From Phallusia mammillata (Eukaryota): DNA of 64,000 nucleotides. The stretch is taken from the NCBI GenBank assembly GCA_965637545.1, contig OZ281495.1, forward strand, positions 24,490,001 to 24,554,000, read 5' to 3'. The translations under genes and the position numbers were made by a program. The notes under the pieces are model-generated. The model was not told the DNA's origin, ran no database searches, and worked only from the letters and a program-made list of their open reading frames with translations. Position 1 is the stretch's first letter. The number at the start of each line of letters is the position of its first letter. Positions 12,755-23,800 of the stretch are shown here, piece after piece.

Positions 12755-13183
12755 CAGGGGTCTCAAAACACGCGGCCCGGTGTGGCCCTAAGAGGGTTTT
12801 TGCGCGGCCCGCGAACTAACTTTTAAATTTTAGGTGTTTAGCTCAGGTGGAATACCCTGTCAGGCCACCGATTTTAAGAAACAATCATTCTTTATAAGTA
12901 TTGGTTGAAAATAAATGCAACGTTTTAATCGTATTGTTTCGTCATTGTATGCCATTGTTTTCACACATAGTAGTTTATTGCACTTGCTTTTTTTAGTTTG
13001 CTATACTGTATATTCGTTTCTTGTTGATTGCATTACAAATGTGTACATGAAATGGCAAAAACGCACAACATTTTAAGCACATAATATTTTTGTTCATGTT
13101 ACTTTTACAAAAAAGTTTAAATATTACGGCGCTTTACTAACGTAAAAAATGTTTTTGGCCCTCAAAGAAGCTTAAGACCCCTG
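12755..13183. mobile_element. hAT MITE (same family as 3904-4355) inserted in an older ggtgtgccgc-type element (about 12583-13323)
   Basis: TIRs caggggtctcaa ... ttaagacccctg; TSD gcttaatg/acttaatg. The flanks carry ggtgtgccgc motifs and end in aaaaggttgcggagcactg. Confidence 0.75.
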
Positions 13184-14807
13184 ACTTAATGCTTTTTTAG
13201 GCTTTCAAATATTTATATATTTTTTAGGCAAATATATAATCGCATTTTTTGGGTTCGGGTGTGCCGCCGAACATTTAAAGCTTGTATGGTGTGACGTGCG
13301 TGAAAAAAGGTTGCGGAGCACTGGGCTACACCAATTCTACAACACTTACATTTACGTTATTAGTTCAGGAGATATATTTCCCTGACATGCATTTACCTTT
13401 TCTGGCTTCTTTGCTTTTCCTTTCTAGATTTTGTGTTTTCCGCATGTGATGGTGCAGATAAATCGTGAAGCCATTTTGCAGGTCTGATATCCACAGGCAA
13501 GAAATAAGTAAACAACGCAAAAAAAACTCGCATGACTAAACTGAGAAGAGACCTGCAAGGAAATCATGAGTAAGATCGAAGAAAAAGCGTTCCGCATGTG
13601 CTGACTCAAAACTGCAAAAAGACCAAGCATTTTTCGCATCTGCATTGCATGTAAATCGATGCCTAAAACGATTGTCTTGGGAGCAAAGGGCGAAACACAT
13701 AAGGATGAATCTTAACTTGTTTTGGGTATCCCCGAGCAAAAACAAAACATAACCTATTTACCACCGGCTGGAACACAAACGCTTGTAGTTTCGAAAATGT
13801 TTGTGTTTGTGACCTTTACAAAAGTGTAGCCTAATTGTCTCTATTATTTCCACACACTAACGGCTGTAACAACATAATAATGCCCACACAAATTACGTAA
13901 CAATCATGCGAAAAGAAGAGGCACGTTAGTTAATCCAACAACAGTTCATATGCTTTGACGTGGAGCATATTTCCGACATTTACAAACCACCAAGCAAATC
14001 GTCTGTACAAGTGTCAGCCTGTAGTCTGTATCATGTAGTAATTTAAAACGAATTGCCCTTCTGTTTCACGACGTCGCTTTGGGACTTAATTCAACAGGCT
14101 TTGTGAAATGTGTGAAAAAAGATTGGATCGATAAACGTAAAGCCACAATGCACACCCAACCTTCGATCGTTTCATCTGTGGCTGGTGTTTAACGAGTCTA
14201 ATAAAAAACAGCGCTTTTTCTTTAATGTCACGCACCACCAACTTCACCGGCATCACGCCACACCTGAACTGAATACGATTTGAAAACGCTTTACAATCCT
14301 GGTTAAAACAAGTTTTAGATCTACATACGTCGGTCAACTTACTGCCTAAGTTGCTAACACATAAACTTCCTCACATACAACTTCCTGGCAACAGTGTTTC
14401 ATATGCCCTAGCCTAGTACAATACCAGCACTGGGCAAGCTAATACGTCCGTGTTACAATAAACGGAAACAAGCAGTTCAGTCAGTTCGCAAATTTCACAC
14501 GAACTCTTCCGCATGCAACATGCCAATTGATGGATTTATGTTTACAAACTACCATTCGTGCTGTTTTCTACTCAAGTGTTTTGATTTACTCAACAAGTCA
14601 CACAGGTCTTTTCTTGGCTACAAAATGGTGTAGTTCTACACTGCGAAAGCTGCCAATAGTGAAAGTGGCCAATACTGCTAACGGCCTTGTTGACTTACAC
14701 TAACACGTATATACGCTGGTCTTCTCTGCACATTAAAGACATACAAAAAACAGCAAACCAGCCAGACGCACATAAATAATGGATTGCTATGCCTACCGCA
14801 GTGCGCA

Positions 14808-14849
14808 GGGACATTTCCCTTTCACGCGTGACTCGGTTAGTCACGTGAC
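14808..14849. promoter_or_regulatory. Candidate motif cluster between divergent PISD and MLKL-like genes (kB-like, ISRE-like, GTCACGTGAC E-box/CLEAR)
   Basis: gggacatttccc at 14808-14819; GAAAGGGAAA on the minus strand at 14814-14823; perfect palindrome GTCACGTGAC at 14840-14849. These are motif matches only. Confidence 0.35.
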
Positions 14850-15324
14850 CTTAAAGAAAAAGCAACAAGTAGGGTTTTTAAAGAAGTCCATTTGCAACAC
14901 TTATTAAGACTAATACTTTGTAACGGTATATGATTACTAAAACAAGATTTAATGACAATGCAAAACAATGTACTCTCCAACATGCGAATTTGTAACGTTC
15001 CATGTTTCAAGTCAAGTTATAACTCAGAAGCCGTGTTTATCTGGAAAATTGGAACAATAAACAAATTGTTAAGTCAACGACACTGTTCGCTTTATTGTTG
15101 TTGTCAGTTATAACTGGGTTTTGTGATCTACATTACAAACCCTTGTATTACGTAACATGTAAACAGTATTGCTGGTCACAACTTCCCAATTTTAAAATCC
15201 CCGGCTTATCGCACCCATGTGTCAAATGCTAGCTACGGATATACAACTTTCATCACACACAAGACAGTTGGCAATCGCCTCTATCCGGTTATGCTTAGTT
15301 GTAAGTGGCTTGTAAGACTGGATT

Positions 15325-17683
15325 ATGGTATTGGAAATAATTGAGTGTGTGTTAAAAGTCTCCAAAAAGATTTACGAAACCGTGGATAACGTACAAGCCA
15401 ACAAGAAACGATGCCACAGATTATCTGACAGAATCCGTTGCCTGGTTACGCCGCTCAACGAGTTAGTAAAGCAGGTGATAGAACATTAAAATTGGCGTAT
15501 AGTGTTTTGTATGCATCAGGTTTAGCCAATCGTGGGATTCAAATTCAGCTGGTTCTATCACAAAAGTCATATTTTTTAGCCAGTTCTGTTACAAAAGTCA
15601 TTGACAGTAACCAGTAACGCTAACCGGTTCGTTGATCTCATAAAATTTCGTGAGACGGTTCTATAGAACTGGCGCAAACCGGCTGAATGCCACCACTGGG
15701 TTTAGCATTTTTTAAGTGTGCTTTAATGCGAAGGTTCGCACACTTCTTTAATAACTTCAAAATTATATTTTATTAGCAGATGTAAAACAAAATTCGTAGA
15801 TGCAATCAAACTTGGGTAACAATAATGAGTGTCAAATTGGTTTGTTTTTGTAGGGTGATAACAGTGCAGTTTACAAAGAGGCGTTGATCGACCTTGTACG
15901 AACGTTGGAAGAAGCTCGACAGTTTTTGAAAACTTTTACCAAAGGAAAGTCGGTCTTACGCCGTTTGCAGGATGCCTACCATGCCAGCAGAGAAAAGGTT
16001 TTTGTGTTCAACAATTTTACTATTTCAACCACTCCACAGCAACGAGGGTGTGGTTTAAAAACACTTGTTGTGACAGCAACAAGTTTGTCCTAAGCCCTTG
16101 CAGTTTTAAACAATGTTAATTCTGTTTGAACAATTTTGTACATAGTTTAATCGAAGAATTATAAGAACGCTTTGAACCATGTAATGTAGTGGAAATTAAA
16201 AACTTGTGTGGTGGTTTCAACAAATAGCCTTTTGAAAATACCCTATTCCACGGAAATCTTTAGTAAAAGGCGAAAGATTTGCTCATGTTGAAGTTGCGAT
16301 TGTAGGAAACATTTGAAAGCTTGAACGAACGTCTCAACAACTTGGTTCCAACGCTAACGTTTGGTTTGCAAGTGGAATGTCGCAAGTCGGTGCAAAAAAC
16401 TTTCTCAGTCACCACGAGGGTAACCGAGGACACTAAAGACGAATCGAGCGACCTTAAAGAAATACAGCAAATGGTCAATGCGCTCGGTAAAAATCAACCA
16501 TGTTGAATTATCATTCAGTGTCTTGAGTTGTTTTTTAATTCTAGGTCTCCCTTCGTTTCATTGCATTCGATTTGCCGATTTAAAGGAAAAGAAACTTCAC
16601 AGCGAATCTGACTTGTACATACACTATTCGGCGAAATACAGGTTCAACCAAGTTGTATTGAAAAAGCCGAAATACGCCCTGACTTCAGCACGGTTCGTTA
16701 CAATGATGTATTTTTTACACACAATGGTTTCTTTATTATCATTCATAAACAGAAAAGAGCAGTTTTTGACCGATGCAAGGAATATGCTTCAGTTTAATTC
16801 GGAAAGTGTTGTACGGGTTTATGGGCTCTGCGTGGACGTGCGCGATACGTTTATGATTATTTTGGAACACATGAAATTCGGAAGTCTTAATGAGGTTTGC
16901 TTTGACTTTTGGATAATCCAACATAAAAGCTTTAAGCTTATCCTTACCTTCAGCTTCTGGCATCAGAACAGCCAGAACTAAATCGTACAACGCTGATTCG
17001 TATGATGATTGAGACTGCACGTGGTCTCTACTTTGTCCATTGCTGCGACGTGGTGCATGGCAGTTTGTCGTTAAGCAACTATTTGGTTAACGAAGACCTT
17101 CACGTCAAGGTAAACCGCAAGTATGACATCACCACTATGACGCAACGTATGAAGGAGCTTTTAAAAATGCAACTTTTAATGTTACCTTGCAGATATCTGG
17201 ATTCGAATTTTCTAGATCCGAGCGTGATATTGCGCAATCTGAGTCATCAAACTGCAGTTTGCCATCTGAATGCTGTGAAGGAACTCGAATAGTTTGTCCG
17301 AAAACCGACGTTTATTGGTAAAAGCTTTACTGCGTTTTGCGTTTTGTAATATGATTTTCGGCAAACCTTTTATCAAACTCTTTTGCAGTTACGGACTCGT
17401 GTTGCTGGCACTTTTGACTCGTTTGTCCGGGAAACACCAGCACATCGATCCCTCCGAATGCCAACACTTAATGGCCAACCTGGTTGTGGATAAACAGCCG
17501 TTAGACGTCGCTAAATCTTGTTTGGCAAATGATTCGATGATGCGTCCTTCAATGGAAGGTATATAGGCACGAATATTACCTATGTAACGATGTAAATAAA
17601 TACTTTGCATATACACGTGTTTTATTTCAGAGGTGGTCGTCGACTTAACATCGTACTTTGAGAAGGCCACAGATTCAATGTAA
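15325..17683 (+). CDS. MLKL: Mixed lineage kinase domain-like pseudokinase (four-helix bundle plus pseudokinase), 422 aa
   Basis: Nine frame-consistent exons: 15325-15474, 15854-15997, 16306-16486, 16545-16692, 16753-16894, 16954-17109, 17193-17317, 17389-17558, 17631-17683 (1269 nt). N-terminus MVLEIIECVLKVSKKIYETVDNVQANKKRCHRLSDRIRCLVTPLNELVKQ..LEEARQFLKTF..FESLNERLNNLVPTLTFGLQV follows the MLKL NTD pattern. The kinase-like domain has VLKK, HGS in place of HRD, GFE in place of DFG, and no Gly-rich loop. Confidence 0.88.
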
Positions 17684-19793
17684 TGACACTTGTGTTTCTT
17701 CAACAATCTTAAGTTTTGTGCCGTTTTCTGCTCGGTTTGACCTGTGCCTATTGTAACAGTTTGGTCTTGTCTATTGTTCACTGTGTCATACGCTAATCAG
17801 CAAGATTACGTATTTCCTTTTTTGTATGAAGTCCTTCATAAAACAGTCAATCCCCCATGAGCTCGTTGCTTCACTTTTGCATTATCTCCGACTCCTTTGC
17901 TCCATATAGTCACAATAGTATGGTACATTGCTTTTTAAACACTGTTGAAATATTTTGGTGTCAAAGTCGTCTTTTTCTATATTCACCACATGTTTAAATT
18001 AGGATTACCTAAATTTAAATGTACATTCTCGATGTTTGAACTTTTCTGTGAGTTTTATGCTAAAAACATTTGTCAACATTTCTGCACAGTGTGCATACTA
18101 TTTAACTCTGATAATGAGAACATGCACATTTTTCCGTTGGTTCAACTAAGGACAGTATGAAAGTCATGGTCTGCATTGCGTTGTGTTTACTGTAGAAAAA
18201 GTGCAATTACTTTTGCCATGAAACTGGAATAAACGAGTTGTGATTATGATACTGTGATATAAAGCGCAACTATTAATCTATGTGCATTTTTAAGTCAATA
18301 CATTGGGCATGACAGAGATAAACGTATGTCGCAATAGGTATTCCTCACCTTGTGCTATAGGCGTTTGATTAAAAAATGTCTATAGGTTGTGTTTTACTCG
18401 GTCTTCCTTCCGTCGCTGTAACAGCGACCCGAGCAATCGGCAGAGCAGACTCGTTTTTACCGCTCCTAACCCTGGCTGCTAACGCCAGGTTACACAGAAA
18501 TTAGGAGGGAGACTCATAATCCATGATGTGGTTGTCTATAATGGTTTTGCTACAGGAAAAATCCGGACGACTGCTCGGTGGCATCGCGCCTGTAGAAACT
18601 GAATCAATCACAAAACGTTTCCGGAAATATACCACGGAGCGGCTTGAAAGGCAGTTTGTCATATCTCTAGCCTCTACCAATAATATACAACAATGAATAA
18701 CATATTGGATTGTGAGCTTCCAACACGCCTGAATATTTAATTGGAATAGCAACATTTTTAACATTATTTGCACACAGCAAGTGACCCTTGTGTCATATAT
18801 TGGCGCTGAAACGTTGATTAGCCTACCTAGTCGATTTGATGGTAATTACCGGCGGAGTTTTACGTTTCTATAGTAAAGCTATTAATCGGTAGAACGCTTG
18901 GTCTATTTGTTTGATAACATTGTGAATGGCACAAACTGTGGTGTGTTGATAGCGCGTTGTAGCTGTTTTAAACGCATGCCAAGTTTTCGTAAAATAACTT
19001 GTATGCTTTCAAGGCAAAACGAAAACTAACTTATAACAGAGGTTAGATGTGAATATATTGGACGACTCAGTTTTTTGAAGAAGCAACAGGCATGAACAAC
19101 CAGATACATATTGCAGTGTTACCAAATTGCTGTGACGCGGCCGAACGGTGTGATTCCGGAGAAAATTGGCTACATGATATGGAATCGTCATTTCCGACAA
19201 AACGCGAATTTATGCACATAGGCAGTCCCAGCCTTTTTTGATTAGGTTACATGAAGCAGATAAAATGAAGAGAGGACTGATCATAATTGGCACTTAATGG
19301 CAAACTGTTGGACGTGTCGACTCGGGTAAATATCCTTTGTGGATCCAGAAGATGTTCAACACCTGAAGAATGGCTCAAGCAAGTTCAAGCAAGATAATAT
19401 GCCACAGCATAATCGTTTGTGCAACACAGACCTTGCTATTCTCATTTGCTAGGTCTGTCTTCACAATACGACTTTGTTGGTGACCCTTTCATCAATGTAC
19501 TGATGAAAACCCTATACTCGTCGGATCGATCGCATTTTCAAGAAACTTAAGTTTATTGGCGTCTTTTGATCGTATAACTGGCATCTTTAATTTGGAGTTT
19601 GTATGTAGTTTTATGCGCTTAATTGCTCTTATCGTATCGTTGCATTGAATTTGATTGACACAATAAACGAACAGTTAAGAACATCTGCTGGATTTTTTTT
19701 AAATGAGGGAAGTCAAACACAATTGAGTGTTACAAACAAACCATTGTTTGTTGCCGAAAACTAGCTGCATTTATTGAAAACGATAGGCATGTC

Positions 19794-19930
19794 CAGTGTT
19801 TTTTTAAGGTGTTTTGAGGGACCGAAACGGCCGTTTCCCAAAATTTACAGTTTTTTGGTATTTAAATGAAACACTTGCGGTCTCTTAAAACTACTTAGCG
19901 GTCACCCAAACCAACCTTAAAAAAAACCTG
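19794..19930. mobile_element. MITE (family of 8896-9089, shorter, opposite orientation)
   Basis: TIRs cagtgttttttttaagg ... ccttaaaaaaaacctg; perfect TSD ggcatgtc. Confidence 0.9.
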
Positions 19931-20026
19931 GGCATGTCTAATGTTGAACAGCCCTTAAATTATTCTTTTAATTTATCCTGAAAAGTGATTTATAGCGATT
20001 CTCTCATAGGATTTTAGTGGGTGCCA

Positions 20027-20037
20027 TTTGGCGGGAA
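20027..20037 (+). promoter_or_regulatory. E2F-like site upstream of FANCD2
   Basis: TTTGGCGGGAA in a small CpG-containing patch about 800 bp upstream of the FANCD2 ATG. FANCD2 is an established E2F target in mammals. Motif match only. Confidence 0.4.
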
Positions 20038-20843
20038 CCGCGAATGGAACTGAGACTGTAAACAAATGTTTGTTTGTGTCTTCGTAAAGCCGAATATAAT
20101 TCTAAATAACACACTTAAAATGAATTAACATTTACTCTAATCGTGCATTGTATGGTGACAGTAACTGCAAACCGGATTGTCAAAAAACAAACTATTATAT
20201 TGCAGTCTATATCTATACTTTTACATGCAAAAACATTTTGCTCAAAAAGAATGTAGAAATGTCTTTAAATAAAGAACATGACACTGTAAAAGCTTGTGAT
20301 TATCAAGTTCTTTTGAATAAATGAGACTTATAGCGTTTTGCTATGTTATTTGTGTGCACACACAAAATATAAACATATCTGAATTCTGAATGCTATATTT
20401 TTTGCACCTATTATTTTCCCAACACAACATTTAGTTTAAAAAAGAATATAACTTGAAAGGTAATAGATGTCATAACTCTTTGTTTACCTACTCAGCAATA
20501 CACATGCGTTACTCTAAAATACATGAACCAACAATGTACTACAGTATTCAAATCATGCAGTCCATTCTAATAAAAGGCATCAATGCAATGATGGCCAGGG
20601 TGGAAGCCAATGTGATCTTTTTCAGTTGTTAAATCTGTTATTTAGACTTTAGAAAAAAAAATACACCAGCTTCTTGAAAATATGCAGTCTACTGTGAAAT
20701 ATGCATTTTAAACTAGAGATTAGTGAAGTTAATTGCAAATTTTTAATTAAATTGCGTATTCTGGAGTATATCGAGGTTTATACTAATGTATGTTTTAAAT
20801 CATTTTGTGACATTTTGCTGTGTTTTCAAGGCAAACTTACATA

Positions 20844-23800
20844 ATGGCATCAGCCAATAAGAGACGTAGACCCTTAACTGTTACACAAGATAAAACAAAG
20901 GAACCACATAATAAGCGCAGGTCAAAAAATCAGAAAAACGTGACACAACCAAGTAAAACTGTTCCATCTAACTTCTTCACAACATCTTTAAGTGATGTGG
21001 GATTTCAGTTTGGATACACTGGCAACAAAATTGGATGTGAAAGTCATTCTTTCAGGCAAAAACTGATCAAGTTTCTCATGCAAAGAGATGTATTGTCAGA
21101 ATCATTGCAGGAATTCTTTTCTGCAATGGAAGATACCCTTAGTGATGAAGATATGTTTGTTGCTGGTCTGTTTCCATCTGAACTTGATTCAAATGACAAC
21201 TTTGATATGTCATCCCAGAATTCAGAAATTTTGCAAGTAGGTGATTGTTTGGTGTCAACTGTTTTTGAACTTTCTTACAAAAATTTGGCCTCTTTTTAGG
21301 ATTCTCTAATCAAACTGCTTCTTAGCTGTGATGAATTGCAAGGAGATGTGCTTGAGTATTTGATTAAAAAATTGCCACTTTATACTGAAAATGAGAATGT
21401 TAAAGTGAACTTGTTACCAACCCTGTCAGGTGGAACAGAAGTGGCCAACATACCTCGCTTGATATTAAATCATTTAAGATGGCTTGACTTTATAAATGAA
21501 TCCAGTGCTCTTGCTTCCAAACTTCTTGAGATGGCTTCAGTCATGCAGTCCATGGTAAGTGGTTCTGTTGGTATATACTTGTTAAATTTATGAGAAATTG
21601 GTGTGCAAGTTAGATTCTGTCATTATAATGTTATATCGTTTTGCAAATCAGTCACTTGTATGCTAAAATCTGTAAAGGTATATATATTATAGGCCTTTCT
21701 GTAGGCTTATCTGTATGCGAACCATGCATAACAATAAGGTTTGTAATGAATCTGTATTTGTAATTTTGTGTTATGTATGTTCCATTACATGTATAGTATG
21801 AAACAATTTCTAACTGTAATGTACTAACAAAACTCATGGGCAAACTGCCGGTCAGTAGTAAATAAAATCTCTGATGCAGCCATCAATTGTAAAAAGGTTG
21901 TGTATCCCTGGGATATACGATTCTTTCACAGTTAACCTGAATATGTTATCAACTGATAATACCTGTACGACCAAGCATACTCTTAAACTTTCAAGAAAGT
22001 AAAAAAAAACTTTCAAGAAAGTAACATAAAAAACTTTCAAGAAAGTAACGTGTACCTAAACAAACTTTATTTTTGCCAAAAGACAAAGCAAAATCCTTTT
22101 CTGATATGTTTTTTCTAGGTTGCCTGTGATATTATTTCATTTGTCCCTGACCTTCTCACAGATGAATGTGATCATTCGACTGTTGCTGCCACACTTTGTG
22201 ATCTGCTCAACAATGGGCCCGAGAAAATTACTTCAGCAGTGTTTGATGCATTATCAAATCTTATGCTGCCCAACTCTATGTTAAAGGAAATGCAGGATCT
22301 TGCAATATCCAACTTGGCTTGTGGCTCAGTGGAGGACATGCCAGTTGTAGTCAAATATTTGCTAAAATCATGCAAAACGGTTGATGTTGGCAAGGAGGTA
22401 ATTGCTGATATGTAAAGTGTTTTATTTATTGATTTATAAATCAAGATGTGTATTCTGCTAAAAACACTGCATTGCTTTGGTAAAAAAAATATGCAGCATT
22501 ACTGTAGTAACAAAAACAAATTATACAGTGTGGTGTAGCATAATTTCTTTTTGTAATGATTTACAAACTAATAAAAGATGTTAGTCACTACCATGGTAGC
22601 CATGGCCTTATATAGGGGCGTGATACTGAATTTAACCAGTCCCTCGAGCATTCAAATATGGCAAGCCATTGCTAGAAGAATTTAGCCTGCTGTGGGATTC
22701 CAATTCACAACAGCAGACTATTTGGGTTTTTACTCCCCCGAAAAAGAAATTGGGATGTAAGCTGACATGAATTATTATGTTGTTAGGTGATAGCGGAGTT
22801 GAGACCTCATTTAGATTTTTCAGTATTGTTGTCATCAGATGGAAGTAGTGCTTTAATTAGATCCAGTACAACTTTGATTGCAGACGCTATCTTCTCATCA
22901 ATTCAATTTCACAGTGTCATTGCTTCTGCCTGGATATCTGTTCTGGACAGAGTTGGTGTTAGATGTATGTTTGAAATATCATTTTCATTGTGACACATTT
23001 TTTTGTGGTTTAGGTGAATGATGACAATGTGCATGTTGGAGATGTCGTTTGCCTATTTCTTCTGTGTATCATACACAATCCACAACACTCAAAACAAGCC
23101 ACAGTTTTGCTTTACTCTAAGATACGCAATAACCAGTTACCATTTGCCATTGTACAAAAATCATTTGAGCTTTGTTCATATCTGTTCCACAGCCATTTTA
23201 AAGGTGTATGCAAACTGGCTAAGAACATGGTAAGTGTAAACTATTTATCACTGGTTTAACCTACTTATTGTTTAAAAGATTAATTAAGTCTACTTATAAA
23301 TTTTAGCAGTCTGACCGATTGAATTGGCTTTTTTCCCTCTCATTTTCCCAACAGGACCTCAAAAGATTTTAGGACTGGACTTGTACTAATATTTTGGGGA
23401 AAAAATCAAATCGTCCTAATCTAATCCTAAAAAACTTAAAGCATTTGTGTTTTAGGTTTGGAGTTCATCACAGCAAATAAGGAAAATGGGGGCATTGCTA
23501 TACGAAATGTTTCTTTTGCACATGGACAATTTCTGCAAACAAGAGGCCATTGGTTACCTGGTGGAGCACATTAGCAGCGTGTCAAACAGTGGGACACATG
23601 AGGCAGACACTGCATTGGATGTGTTATGTATAATAGCCAGCAACAAGCCAGAGGTTTTGACGTCCTATGCAAACTATATTCGCGATGCACTGGATCGCAT
23701 GGATATTATGTCTCTGAAACAGGTAGGAATAATTGAAAGTAGTGATGCACCATAGTTTCGGTTTACTGTAATATTTCAGCCGCATATGCTGTTTGGTCAT

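Noticed and set aside
19499-19535. ctgatgaaaaccc... hammerhead-like start
   Set aside because: No stem II partner and no GAAA box.
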